The notes below the pieces were generated by a model, which saw only the letters and a program-made list of their open reading frames with translations, did no database searches and was not told the DNA's origin. Made by a program: the position numbers and the translations under genes. A stretch of 64,000 bases of DNA from Candidatus Limnocylindrales bacterium (GTDB lineage: Bacteria; Chloroflexota; Limnocylindria; Limnocylindrales; CSP1-4): positions 178 through 64,177 of the forward strand of contig DATCPH010000015.1 of assembly GCA_036570185.1 (NCBI GenBank). The letters are read 5' to 3'. Of the stretch, positions 19,452-29,001 are shown one piece after another (the first letter of the stretch is position 1; every line of letters starts with the position of its first letter).

Positions 19452-19979
19452 ATGGGCAGAACCGGAATCGACGCCGTCATCTATCTGCTCGATGCGGCGC
19501 TGCGCGACCCGGGGATCACGGAGCGCAACGAGAGCCAGGCCCTGCTGCCCAACCTCGCGACCGTGAGCGATGAGGCGTGGCGGACCTTGCCGCAAGGCGC
19601 CGCTCGGACGATCGAATCGATCATTCTCCATGTCGGGTCCTCGAAGGTCATGTACGACGACTACGCCTTCGGTTCCGGGACGCTCCAATGGGACGCGCCG
19701 GAGGTTCGTCCCTGGCGCGAGGGGTTCGCCCCGCGCGGCAGGGTAGCGGAGTGGCTGGGCACCGCGCACCAGCGCCTCATCGATCACGTCGCCGCCCTTC
19801 CCGACGATGCGGCCCTCGACGAGCTGCGCCTCACGAACTGGGGTGAGCGACGCCCGACGCGCTGGATCCTGGCATCGATGATCACGCATGACGCCTACCA
19901 CGCCGGCGAGATCAACCACCTCCGAAGCATCCTCGGTCCCGACGATCGCTGGCGGTCGATCCAGCTGGGCTTTGGGTGA
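19452..19979 (+). CDS. DinB-family (DinB_2-like) four-helix-bundle protein
   Basis: About 175 aa with a conserved His pattern (IILHVGSS..., HDAYHAGEINHLR) typical of DinB/YfiT-like metal-binding bundles. Confidence 0.7.
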   Translation: MGRTGIDAVIYLLDAALRDPGITERNESQALLPNLATVSDEAWRTLPQGAARTIESIILHVGSSKVMYDDYAFGSGTLQWDAPEVRPWREGFAPRGRVAEWLGTAHQRLIDHVAALPDDAALDELRLTNWGERRPTRWILASMITHDAYHAGEINHLRSILGPDDRWRSIQLGFG

Positions 19980-21358
19980 CGCAACCCGGCATTCGGGGGA
20001 CGAGCCCGGTCGCGGGCGGAACCTTCGGCGTCCGCATCCTGGGCGTCAGCGAGGTCGCTCGGGCCGTCCGGACCGCAGTCGCCGCCGACGAGCGCCTTCG
20101 CGACCTGTGGGTCGAGGGTGAGGTCGGCCGGGTCACGATCTCGACGGCCGGTCATGCCTACTTTGCCCTGAAGGACGAACGATCCGCGCTCCAGTGTGTG
20201 TGGTTCCGCGATGAGCGGGCCCGGTCGGCGTTCCAGCCGCAGGCGGGACTTCGAATCGTCGTGCACGGGCGGGTCGACCTGTACGAGCCACAGGGCGCCC
20301 TCCAGCTGTACGTCGAGTCGATCCAGCCGGCCGGCCTCGGCGATCTCTCGCTGCGGTTCGAGGCCCTCAAGGCACGGCTCGATGCCGAGGGACTCTTCGA
20401 TGCAGCACGAAAACGGCCCCTGCCGGTGCGGCCGACGACGATCGGGGTCGTCACGAGCCCGACCGGCGCGGTCTGGCGCGACGTCTGCCACGTCCTCGCG
20501 CGGCGCTGGCCGCTGGCCCGCGTGGTCCTCGTGGCATGCCAGGTCCAGGGCGAGGGGGCGCCGGCCAGCATCGTGACCGCGCTTCACCGCCTGGAACGCT
20601 ATATCGACCGCTGCCGCGCGGACGGGCACGGCGACGACGCCCCGGGCGTCACCATCCTCGCGCGGGGCGGCGGATCGCTGGAGGACCTCTGGCCGTTCAA
20701 CGACGAGCGGGTCGTTCGGGCGGTCGTGGCGCATCGCGTACCTGTTGTCTGCGGAGTGGGTCATGAGGTCGACGTGACCCTCGCAGACTTTGCCGCCGAC
20801 GTCCGGGCGCCCACGCCATCGGCGGCGGCGGAGATCGTCGTCCCGGACCGGGCGGAATACGCCGCCGCCCTGCGTCGCGCCACGGACCGGCTCGGAGCCG
20901 GTGCGGCGCGGGCGATGACCGATGCCACGCGGCTCGTCGTGGGGGAGCGGCGGGCGCTCGATCAGCTGAGTCCAACCGCCCGCCTGGCGGCGGCCCGGGA
21001 ACGGGCGAGCGGCCTCCTCGACCGGGCCACGGCGACCCTCCGGATCCGACTCGGTCGCGACGCCGAGCGGCTCGACCGCTCGGGCCGGCTGCTTCCGCTG
21101 GGTGCGGGCCGGCGGCTGGTCACGGCGCGCTCCCGGCTCGACGCGGCAGCGGCCGCGCTCACCGTTCTCGGGCCGCAGGCGACCCTCGACCGGGGCTACG
21201 CGATCGTCCGCCGAAGCCGGGACGGCGCGGTCGTTCGGGCGCCGGACGAGGCGCTGCCTGGGACATCCCTGGCGGTGCGGCTCGCACGCGGCGAGATCGA
21301 GGCCACGGCCGGCCGGTCGATTGGCCCCAGGGGCGGCACACGGTCACCCCGTGCTTGA
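19976..21358 (+). CDS. xseA: Exodeoxyribonuclease VII large subunit
   Basis: OB-fold N-terminus (LWVEGEVGRVTISTAGHAYFALKDERSALQCVWF), GVVTSPTGAVWRDV, ILARGGGSLEDLWPFNDE, and VVCGVGHEVDVTLADFAAD followed by VRAPTPSAAAE. Confidence 0.93.
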   Translation: MTQPGIRGTSPVAGGTFGVRILGVSEVARAVRTAVAADERLRDLWVEGEVGRVTISTAGHAYFALKDERSALQCVWFRDERARSAFQPQAGLRIVVHGRVDLYEPQGALQLYVESIQPAGLGDLSLRFEALKARLDAEGLFDAARKRPLPVRPTTIGVVTSPTGAVWRDVCHVLARRWPLARVVLVACQVQGEGAPASIVTALHRLERYIDRCRADGHGDDAPGVTILARGGGSLEDLWPFNDERVVRAVVAHRVPVVCGVGHEVDVTLADFAADVRAPTPSAAAEIVVPDRAEYAAALRRATDRLGAGAARAMTDATRLVVGERRALDQLSPTARLAAARERASGLLDRATATLRIRLGRDAERLDRSGRLLPLGAGRRLVTARSRLDAAAAALTVLGPQATLDRGYAIVRRSRDGAVVRAPDEALPGTSLAVRLARGEIEATAGRSIGPRGGTRSPRA

Positions 21359-21462
21359 GGGCATCCTTCTCGTCACCGGCGCGGTTCTGGTTGCCGTCGT
21401 CGGCGTATCACTCGGTATGCTGGTCGCGCCCCGCATCGGGCGGCTGATGGACAAGGAGCCGC

Positions 21463-21762
21463 GTGACCGAGACGAGCCAGAACGAGACGAGCCCGACGTC
21501 GACCACGACTGAGACCCCGATCGATCAACTGAGCTTCGACGAGGCGCTCGCCGAGCTGCAGCGGACCGTCAGCGAGCTCGAGACCGGGGGTCAGCCGCTG
21601 GAGCGGTCGATCGAACTCTACGAACGAGGGGTTGCGCTTCACGAACGCTGCGCGGCGCTGCTCGCCGATGCCGAATTGCGGATCAAGCAGCTGGTCCTGC
21701 GCGCCGGCGGCGCCCTCGAGGCGATCGACGTCCGTCCGGAGGACGCCCAGGAGTCCGAATAG
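21463..21762 (+). CDS. xseB: Exodeoxyribonuclease VII small subunit
   Basis: GTG at 21463 with AAGGAG about 8 nt upstream. SFDEALAELQRTVSELETGGQPLERSIELYERGVALHERC is the XseB signature. Confidence 0.9.
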   Translation: MTETSQNETSPTSTTTETPIDQLSFDEALAELQRTVSELETGGQPLERSIELYERGVALHERCAALLADAELRIKQLVLRAGGALEAIDVRPEDAQESE

Positions 21763-21813
21763 ACGTAGGGCGCCCGATTAGCGCAGGCCGCCCGTCGAGG
21801 TCGTTGTAGGATG

Positions 21814-21838
21814 CCGAGAGCCGGCGGCCGGCCCTCGG
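21814..21838 (+). terminator. GC-rich inverted repeat downstream of xseB (possible terminator, no U-tract)
   Basis: ccgagagccgg-cgg-ccggccctcgg: an 11-bp stem with one mismatch and a 3-nt loop, lying between the xseB stop (21762) and the next start (21848). Confidence 0.25.
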
Positions 21839-21847
21839 TGCCGACAG

Positions 21848-22953
21848 ATGAGGGAGTCGGTGGCGACAGCAATCGGTGCGCCGGCCAGACCGGGCCGCGA
21901 CGAAACTCGCTTCGCCTGGCTCGTCTCCGGTCTCTCCGCCTGGCTCATCGCGGGCGTGGTGCTCGTCCTCGCCGCGAATGATCGGGGACTGGTCGGGGAC
22001 GCCGGCTTCTCCATTTAACGGTCGGACGGTCGCCTTCGTCTCGAACCGGGACGGAAACCTGGAGATCTACGTCGCCGCCGTCGATGGGACCGGCGAGCGC
22101 CGGGTCACGAACGATCCCGGCGAAGACGTCGATCCGGCCTTTGCGCCGGACGGGCGCAGGATCGTATTCACGTCGGATCGCAGCGGGGCCAAAGAGGTCT
22201 GGACGGTCCTCGCGGACGGCACCGGCTTGACCCAGGTCACACACGACGGCCAGGGCTATGACGTTCCGGTCTGGGCACCGGACGGCAGTCGGATCGCGTT
22301 CGCCTCGAGCCGCTCCGGCGACGGCGACGTGTGGTCAATGGCGCCCGACGGGACCGACCTTCAGGACCTCACGAACAGCCCCCTCTTCCGATGACGGCCA
22401 TTGGAGCGTTTCGTGGTCGCACGATGGACGTTCCCTGGCGTACGCCTCGGCGGGGTTGCCGCCCGCGGCGGTCCAGCCGATTGCGCGTGAAGACCTCGGC
22501 GCGGCGGCGATCCTGCTCACGACCCTCGTCCTGGCTGCGATCGCCGTGGTCCTCGTTCGGCTTCGTGCGCCCCCGGGGGCCTTCGGTTTCGTGCTCGGCG
22601 TCTATGTCGCCTTCGCGGCCACGATCCGAAGTGAGTGGCGCTTCGTCCCGGCCGCGATCGTGGGTGGCCTTCTGGTGGACGTCGCCCTGCGATTCGTCCC
22701 CGTCCGCTATCGCACGCGCGTTGCCGCCGCTGCGCTGCCCGTCGTCTTCGTCATCGGAATCGGCGCAACCCTCGCGGCCGGTGGGCGACTCGGCTGGACT
22801 CCCACGCTCTGGCTCGGCGTTTCGATTACCGCTGGATTGATCGGATGGGCGCTGGCGGAGTTGGTGGAGCGGCTCGGCCCGCCCGATCGCCTCGCACATG
22901 GGGGCAGCGAGCCCGAGGGTACGGCCTCGTCCCCGGGAGGTGAGTCCGGGTGA
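21848..22953 (+). pseudogene. PD40/TolB-like beta-propeller membrane protein interrupted by two +1 frameshifts
   Basis: Three consecutive reading frames together encode one coherent protein. Frame 2 (21848..22018) is a signal-anchor (FAWLVSGLSAWLIAGVVLVLAA). Frame 0 (to 22394) carries PD40 repeats (GRTVAFVSNRDGNLEIY, PAFAPDGRRIVFTSDRSG, PVWAPDGSRIAFASSRSG). Frame 1 (to 22953) has a further PD40 repeat (SWSHDGRSLAYAS) and about 5 TM helices. The frame switches sit at a T3 run (22014-22016) and a C5 run (22379-22383). Confidence 0.7.
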
Positions 22954-22977
22954 AGCGCGCTGTGACACGATAGGCGG

Positions 22978-23847
22978 GTGAGCCCCGCGGCCAGCACGAC
23001 GCGCCAGCGATCGCGAAAACGACTCGACCAGCTGCTGGTCGAACGGGACCTCGCCCCGACGCGGGCGCGTGCCCAGGCCCTGATCATGGCCGGCCTGGTC
23101 CGGGTCGGTGTCGGTGACGCTGCTCGCGTGGATCGAAAGGCCGGCGATCTCGTGGATGCGGCCGTGCCCGTCGACTTGGCGCCGGCACAGGAGTACGTCT
23201 CACGCGGGGGCCTCAAGCTCGCCGCGGCCCTCGACGGATTCCGCATCGACCCGGCAGGGCGCGTCTGCCTCGACGTCGGAGCGTCGACGGGCGGCTTCAC
23301 GGACGTCCTTGTGCAGCGGGCCGCGCGACGCGTGTACGCCCTCGATGTCGGCCGCGGCCAGCTCGCAACGTCGCTCCGAGCCGATCCGCGAGTGGTCTCG
23401 ATGGAGCGGACCAACGCGCGAACCCTCGGACCGACAACCCTGCCCGAACGGGTCGAGCTCGCGACCGTCGATGTGTCGTTCATCTCACTTCGCCTGGTCC
23501 TTGGTCCTATCGCGTCGGTCTTCAGCGAGGCCGGCGGCCCGATCGTCGCGCTGGTGAAGCCCCAGTTCGAGGCAGGTCGTAGCGAGGTCAAGGGCGGCGT
23601 CGTTCGCGATCCGGCGGTCCATCGAGCCGTCCTGGAGGCCGTCGCGGGAGCGGCCCGCAATCTGGACATCTGGCCGTCGGACGTCGTCGCTTCCCCGATC
23701 ACCGGCCCGGAGGGGAACCGCGAGTTCTTCCTCCGGCTCGACGTCGGCGGCGCCGAGGGGGAGGCCACCGACGAGGCGGCAATGGCCGCCCGGATCGCCG
23801 ACATGACCCTCGGATTGCGGACGAGACCGGCGGGCTCCGCGACGTGA
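22978..23847 (+). CDS. tlyA: TlyA-family rRNA (cytidine-2'-O)-methyltransferase
   Basis: S4-like N-terminus (RLDQLLVERDLAPTRARAQALIMAG), YVSRGGLKLAAAL, LDVGASTGGFTDVL, VDVSFISL, ALVKPQFE, GPEGNREF. Confidence 0.92.
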   Translation: MSPAASTTRQRSRKRLDQLLVERDLAPTRARAQALIMAGLVRVGVGDAARVDRKAGDLVDAAVPVDLAPAQEYVSRGGLKLAAALDGFRIDPAGRVCLDVGASTGGFTDVLVQRAARRVYALDVGRGQLATSLRADPRVVSMERTNARTLGPTTLPERVELATVDVSFISLRLVLGPIASVFSEAGGPIVALVKPQFEAGRSEVKGGVVRDPAVHRAVLEAVAGAARNLDIWPSDVVASPITGPEGNREFFLRLDVGGAEGEATDEAAMAARIADMTLGLRTRPAGSAT

Positions 23848-23875
23848 CGGCTCGGGCCGGCGAGGTGACCCTCGG

Positions 23876-24721
23876 ATGAAGACCGTCCAGCGCATCGGCT
23901 TCGCCTACAACCCGACGAGCGATGCCGCGATCGAGCTCCGCGAACGCGCGGAGGGTTGGTGCCGGATGCGAAACGTTGACAGCTGGGCGGTGGCTGCCGC
24001 CGATCTGGAGGTGCTCACGCGCGAGCTGCGGGCGACCGACCTCCTGATGGTCCTGGGCGGCGACGGCACCTTCCTGCGCGCCGCACGAGCCGTCATCGAG
24101 GTCGACGTGCCGATCCTGGGCGTCAACCTCGGCAAGATCGGCTTCCTCTCGGAGGCCGAGGCCACGAACCTCGAGCCGCTCCTGGAACAGCTGGTCCACG
24201 GCGAATACGGGCTCGAGGAGCGGATGGCCCTCGAGGGACGGATCCTCGCCGGCAGCAAGGCGCCGAGCGAGCGGCACTTCGCCTTGAACGACGTGGTCAT
24301 CGCCCGTGGCTCCCTGGCCCGCGTCGTCCGGGTCGAGGTGGCGATCAGCGGCACGCACCTGGCGACCTTCGTCTCGGACGGGCTCGTGATCGCCAGTCCG
24401 ACAGGGTCGACCGGGTATTCTTTCTCGTCAGGCGGCCCGATCGTCGATCCCACGAGCCGCAACCTCATCGTGACGCCGATCGCCGGCTACCTCTCGGCGT
24501 TTCGCTCGGTCGTGGTGGGGCCCGAGCACGTCGTGACGTGTCGCGTCGTCGATGCCCACGAGGCGCTCATCAGCATTGATGGCCGCGAGGACATCCCGAT
24601 CGCCGTCGGCGATACGGTCGAAGTACGCGCGGTCGAACGGCCGATCCGACTCGTCCATCCGCACGGCTCGCAGCCTTTCTGGGACCTCGTCCGCCGGAAG
24701 GTCGAGCTCCTTCCCTCCTGA
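23876..24721 (+). CDS. nadK: NAD kinase
   Basis: LGGDGTFLRAAR, GVNLGKIGFL, NDVVI, GLVIASPTGSTGYSFSSGGP. Conserved tlyA-nadK-recN order. Confidence 0.93.
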   Translation: MKTVQRIGFAYNPTSDAAIELRERAEGWCRMRNVDSWAVAAADLEVLTRELRATDLLMVLGGDGTFLRAARAVIEVDVPILGVNLGKIGFLSEAEATNLEPLLEQLVHGEYGLEERMALEGRILAGSKAPSERHFALNDVVIARGSLARVVRVEVAISGTHLATFVSDGLVIASPTGSTGYSFSSGGPIVDPTSRNLIVTPIAGYLSAFRSVVVGPEHVVTCRVVDAHEALISIDGREDIPIAVGDTVEVRAVERPIRLVHPHGSQPFWDLVRRKVELLPS

Positions 24722-24722
24722 C

Positions 24723-26474
24723 GTGGTGATCGTCACCCCGATCGGCCGCCTGCTCGACCTGGCGGTCTCCGACCTGGCCCTGATCGACCGCCTACACCTT
24801 TCCTTCGAACCGGGTCTCAACGTCTTGACCGGCGAGACCGGTGCGGGCAAGAGCCTCCTAATCGACGCGCTGGGCCTCGCCCTCGGTGCCCGCGCGGACA
24901 CGACGCTCGTGCGCCACGGCGCGGAGGCTGCTCGAGTCGAAGCGGTCTTCGATCGGCTACCGGAACCCCTGATCGCCGTCCGTGACATAGCGGCCAGCGG
25001 CCGAACGTCCGCCAGGATCGACGACGAGACCGTGACAGTCGCCCGTCTGGCCGACACTGTCGGCACGCTGGTGGAGATCCACGGCCAGCACGACCAGCAG
25101 CGATTGCTCGACGAGCGACGGCAGAGAGATCTCGTGGATGGATTCGGGGGCCTCGCCGAGCTCCGCGGTCGCGTGGCCGATGCGGTCAGTCGATGGCGGT
25201 CCAATCGAGCGGCGCTCGCCGAGCTGGCGATGGATCCTCACGAACTGGTTCGCCGCCTCGAGATCCTCGAGCACGAGGTCGAGGAGATCGTCGGAGCCCG
25301 TCTGCGAGTCGGCGAGGCCGATGAGATCAGGACGCGGCTGGAAGCGGCCCAGCATGGCGAGGCGATCGTGCGCGGAGCGTCGGCAGCATACGAGGCGCTG
25401 GCGGGCGACGGTCGCTCGGCCGGCGAGGGTCGCTCGGGGCGGGAGGCCATAGCCATCGCCGGGCGGGAGATCGATGCGCTGGCCCGGCTGGACGGTCGGT
25501 TCGCGCCGGCCGCGGGTCGGCTGGCCGGCGCCGAGGCTGAGATCGCCGACGTGGCCTCGGAGATCCGCGACCTGGCCGAATCCGTCGAGCACGATCCGGC
25601 CGCCCTGGCCCGTCTCGAGGAGCGCCTTTCTCGGATCTATGCCCTCGAGCGGCGCTTCGGCGAGGACGAAGCCGCCGTGCTGGCGCATGCCGACCGCGCG
25701 GCGGGGGAGGTCGAGCGGCTCCGAGGACTTGACGCCGAGCGCGCGCGACGGGCAGGTGATGATGCTGCCCTGCTCGGCGAGGTTGCTGACGCCGCCGCCG
25801 ACCTCTCCGCAGCGCGTTTCACATCCGGCCGCAACCTGACGAAAGCAGTTGGTGCGGTTCTCGAACACCTCGGCTTTCCGCCGGGGGTGTTCGAGGTCTC
25901 CATCGGCCACCGCCCCGCGGGCCGCGATGAGGCCGCGGTCGAGATCGATGGCGATGCCGTGGCGTTCGACGAGTCGGGGGCGGATCAGGTCGTGTTCGTC
26001 TTCGCGCCCAACCCGGGCGAGCCGGCGCGCCCCCTGGCCCGCATCGCTTCAGGTGGGGAGCTGTCGCGTGTCGCCCTGGCCATCAAGCAGGTCCTCGCCG
26101 AGGTCGACGAGACGCCGACGCTGGTCTTCGACGAGGTCGACACCGGCATCGGCGGGCGGGGCGCCGATCCGATCGGGCGGAGCCTCTGGACGCTCGCTCG
26201 ACGCCATCAGGTCCTGTGCGTCACGCACCTGCCGCAGATCGCGGCCCACGCCGACGCCCACTTCCGCATCGCCAAGGTCGAACGCAATGGGCGAACCGTG
26301 ACCGAGGTTCGACGGTTGGATCCCGAGGAGCGCCTCATCGAGCTCGCTGAGATGCTTGGAGGCGCCAACCCGGCGCCTCCGGGAGCGACGTCCGGAGGGG
26401 CGGCGATGGCGTCTGCCAACGAGCTCGTGGCTCGCGCGGAGGCGTGGCGGGCCGAGCTGCTCGCCTCGAGCTGA
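24723..26474 (+). CDS. recN: DNA repair protein RecN
   Basis: The GTG at 24723, just after the nadK stop, is a tentative start. Walker A NVLTGETGAGKSLLIDAL, a long coiled-coil middle, C-terminal ASGGELSRVALA and LVFDEVDTGIGG, then VTHLPQIAA. Confidence 0.92.
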   Translation: MVIVTPIGRLLDLAVSDLALIDRLHLSFEPGLNVLTGETGAGKSLLIDALGLALGARADTTLVRHGAEAARVEAVFDRLPEPLIAVRDIAASGRTSARIDDETVTVARLADTVGTLVEIHGQHDQQRLLDERRQRDLVDGFGGLAELRGRVADAVSRWRSNRAALAELAMDPHELVRRLEILEHEVEEIVGARLRVGEADEIRTRLEAAQHGEAIVRGASAAYEALAGDGRSAGEGRSGREAIAIAGREIDALARLDGRFAPAAGRLAGAEAEIADVASEIRDLAESVEHDPAALARLEERLSRIYALERRFGEDEAAVLAHADRAAGEVERLRGLDAERARRAGDDAALLGEVADAAADLSAARFTSGRNLTKAVGAVLEHLGFPPGVFEVSIGHRPAGRDEAAVEIDGDAVAFDESGADQVVFVFAPNPGEPARPLARIASGGELSRVALAIKQVLAEVDETPTLVFDEVDTGIGGRGADPIGRSLWTLARRHQVLCVTHLPQIAAHADAHFRIAKVERNGRTVTEVRRLDPEERLIELAEMLGGANPAPPGATSGGAAMASANELVARAEAWRAELLASS

Positions 26475-26482
26475 GGGTGATC

Positions 26483-27484
26483 ATGGCGGCCGCCGCGGGC
26501 AGCGCCTTGGACCTGGCGATCGACGAGTACCTCGCCTACCTTCGGGTGGAGCGCGGGGTCGCCCTCGCAACGATCCGCGCCTACCGGGGCGACCTTCGCG
26601 ACTTTGCTGCGGCTCGCGGCACCAGCGCCGAGTGGTCGAAATCGGCCGACGCGGCAGTCCGTTACCTGGGTGCGCGTACACGGCGCGGGCGTCCGGGCGA
26701 CCCGGGTCTCGCCCCAACGAGCCTGCGTCGCAGGGCGGCCTCGATCCGTGGGTTCTATCGCTTCGCCTTCGGCGAGGGCCTCATCGCGACCGATGTCGCC
26801 CAGCATCTTCAGCTGCCGCGCCAGCCGCGGCTCCTCCCCGAAACGCTGACGGTCGAGGAAACGGTTCGGCTCCTCGAAGGGGCAGGCGGCGACGACCTCG
26901 ACGCCGGCGCCATCGACCCGTCCGAGGATCCGGCGACCGCGGAACGCCGTCCCAGCGCCCTTGGCCGGCAGCTCCGGGACCGGGCGCTCGTCGAGCTCCT
27001 CTACGCCGCGGGGTTGCGGATTTCGGAGGCGCTTCGCCTCGACCGCGAGGACCTTTCCCTCGACGGCGCGCTGGTTCGCGTCGTCGGCAAAGGCGATCGA
27101 GAGCGGATCGTGCCGATCGGTGACGTCGCCATCGACTGGCTCGACCGCTGGTTGCGCGGCCCGCGGGAGCAGCTGCTGGAGCTCGGCGCAGCCGGGACGG
27201 AGCGCGGCGGCCCGGTGTTCCTCGGCGATCGCGGCGGCAGGCTGGCCCGGCAGCAGGCATGGGCCGCGGTGAAGTCGGCGGCGTCGGCGGCGGGACTCCA
27301 GGCCAGGGTGAGCCCGCATACCCTGCGGCACTCGTTCGCGACCCACCTGCTCGAGGGTGGCGCCGACCTCCGGATCGTCCAGGAGTTGCTCGGCCATGCG
27401 AGTATCAGTACGACCCAGCTCTACACCCATCTGACCGGGGAGCGGATCCGCGACGTCTACCGGCGTGCCCACCCCCGCGCATAG
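26483..27484 (+). CDS. xerD: Tyrosine recombinase XerD/XerC family (chromosome dimer resolution)
   Basis: The ATG at 26483 gives MAAAAGSALDLAIDEYLAYLRVERG. The catalytic region reads ELLYAAGLRISEAL...HTLRHSFATHLLEGGADLRIVQELLGHASISTTQLYTH. No flanking repeats or phage/IS genes. Confidence 0.85.
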   Translation: MAAAAGSALDLAIDEYLAYLRVERGVALATIRAYRGDLRDFAAARGTSAEWSKSADAAVRYLGARTRRGRPGDPGLAPTSLRRRAASIRGFYRFAFGEGLIATDVAQHLQLPRQPRLLPETLTVEETVRLLEGAGGDDLDAGAIDPSEDPATAERRPSALGRQLRDRALVELLYAAGLRISEALRLDREDLSLDGALVRVVGKGDRERIVPIGDVAIDWLDRWLRGPREQLLELGAAGTERGGPVFLGDRGGRLARQQAWAAVKSAASAAGLQARVSPHTLRHSFATHLLEGGADLRIVQELLGHASISTTQLYTHLTGERIRDVYRRAHPRA

Positions 27485-27532
27485 GCTCTGAGCCGCGAGG
27501 CCGGCTCCGAACCGGAGGAGGACGAGGACCTG

Positions 27533-28279
27533 ATGGCCCGCTACGCGGACAAGCTCCTGGCCGATGGGGAAGAGATCGCCCTCCGAAGCCGGCAGCACTG
27601 GCTGGCACCGCTGATCCGCGGCTGGCAGGCGTGGGGGCTCTTCATTCTGAGCATTGTCCTGGTCTTGATCGTTGGGATCAGGACCGACCTGACCCTGATC
27701 GTTCGTCAGGTCGGCGGAGGCCTGGGCCTCGTGCTGCTGATCTTCTCGCTCTTGCTCCTGGCAAAGATCTACCTCGCGTGGCGGGCGCAGGACTACCTCG
27801 TCACCAACCGCCGCGTGATCAAGGTCGACGGGATCTTGAACAAGCACGCGGCCGACAGCTCGCTCGAGAAGATCAACGACGCGATCCTCGACCAGAGCTT
27901 GATGGGCCGGATCTTCGGCTACGGCGACCTGAACATCCTCACCGCCGCCGAGGAGGACGTGGACCAGTACCACATGCTCGACCACCCGGGAGAGTTCAAG
28001 AAGGTCATGCTCGACCGGAAGCACGAGCTCGAGACCGACTTCGTGCGGATGCCCACGCCACCGCTCCGAGCACCGGCTCCGGCCGCTGCCCCAGTAACGT
28101 TCCCGGCGCCCGCCCCTCCGCCGCCCGTCGCGCCGCCGGCCGCCGCGCCGCCTAAGCCCGCGATGGGCGCCGACGAGATCACGGTGACGTTGGGCCAGCT
28201 GGCCGACCTTCGGGATCGAGGAGCGATCAGCGCCGAGGACTACGAGGCCAAGAAGGCGGACCTGCTCGGGCGGCTCTGA
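27533..28279 (+). CDS. Membrane protein with bacterial PH (bPH_2/YdbS-like) domain and C-terminal SHOCT domain
   Basis: Two TM helices followed by YLVTNRRVIKVDGILNKHAADSSLEKINDA...GYGDLNI (bPH_2 pattern). Then a Pro/Ala linker and LGQLADLRDRGAISAEDYEAKKADLLGRL (SHOCT pattern). Confidence 0.75.
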   Translation: MARYADKLLADGEEIALRSRQHWLAPLIRGWQAWGLFILSIVLVLIVGIRTDLTLIVRQVGGGLGLVLLIFSLLLLAKIYLAWRAQDYLVTNRRVIKVDGILNKHAADSSLEKINDAILDQSLMGRIFGYGDLNILTAAEEDVDQYHMLDHPGEFKKVMLDRKHELETDFVRMPTPPLRAPAPAAAPVTFPAPAPPPPVAPPAAAPPKPAMGADEITVTLGQLADLRDRGAISAEDYEAKKADLLGRL

Positions 28280-28338
28280 GGGCTCATCGTCCGGGACGCT
28301 ACGATTGAGGCGCCCCCAGCCACGCTCAGAGGTGCTCC

Positions 28339-29001
28339 GTGCCGTTGTTCAGGTCGCCCGAGACGGTCATCGCGTCGCTCATCGTCCTTGCAATCATCCT
28401 GCTGGTGTCGTTCCCGATCCACGAGTTCTCCCACGCCCTCGCGGCCTATGAGCTGGGCGACAGCACGGCGAAGCTGTTTGGGCGGCTGACCCTCAACCCG
28501 ATTGCGCATTTCGATCCTGTCGGCGGCCTCATGCTCGCAGTTTCAATCCTGTTTGCCGGCATTGGCCTCGGCTGGGCGAAGCCCACCCCCGTCAACGTCC
28601 GGAACCTCAGGGGCGGCCGCTCCGGAGAAGCGATCGTCGCCGCCGCGGGCCCCATTTCGAATCTTGTGCTCGCGTTGGTTGTCGCGCTCCCGCTTCGCTA
28701 CATCAACACGAACAACATCGATCTCGGAATCCTGACGGTCATCCTGCAGAGCTTCGTGTTCATCAACCTTGCCCTGGCGTTCTTCAATCTCCTGCCGATC
28801 CCACCGCTGGACGGGGCGCCCGTCCTGTTCACCTTCCTCGACCCCCAGACCGCCTGGCGCCTGCGCCCAATACTCCAGCAGTACGGTTTCTTCATCTTGC
28901 TGGCCGCTCTCCTGTTCCCGATTTTCGGCGGCCAGACGCTCCTCGGACTCGTTTTCGCCGACCTGATCGAACCGCTGTACGGCTTGCTGGTTGGGCGGTG
29001 A
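28339..29001 (+). CDS. Site-2 protease family (peptidase M50) membrane metalloprotease
   Basis: HEFSHALAA (HExxH), LNPIAHFDPVG, GWAKPTPVN, and FFNLLPIPPLDG (the NxxPxxxLDG motif). Confidence 0.85.
   Translation: MPLFRSPETVIASLIVLAIILLVSFPIHEFSHALAAYELGDSTAKLFGRLTLNPIAHFDPVGGLMLAVSILFAGIGLGWAKPTPVNVRNLRGGRSGEAIVAAAGPISNLVLALVVALPLRYINTNNIDLGILTVILQSFVFINLALAFFNLLPIPPLDGAPVLFTFLDPQTAWRLRPILQQYGFFILLAALLFPIFGGQTLLGLVFADLIEPLYGLLVGR

Noticed and set aside
21352-21512. 53-codon ORF (VLEGILLVTGAVLVAVVGVSLGMLVAPRIG...) bridging xseA and xseB
   Set aside because: It has a plausible TM helix and reasonable GC3. However, it overlaps the RBS-supported xseB start by 50 nt and is below any size at which I can separate signal from chance. 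It may be a real small membrane protein, but it is left uncalled.
26483-27484. Tyrosine recombinase as marker of an integrated mobile element
   Set aside because: Its motifs and its position in the recN...scpAB housekeeping block fit chromosomal XerD. There are no flanking direct repeats, tRNA gene, phage genes or IS genes.
26207-28024. 605-aa minus-strand ORF across recN/xerD/PH-SHOCT
   Set aside because: It is an antisense shadow ORF crossing three strongly supported + strand genes.
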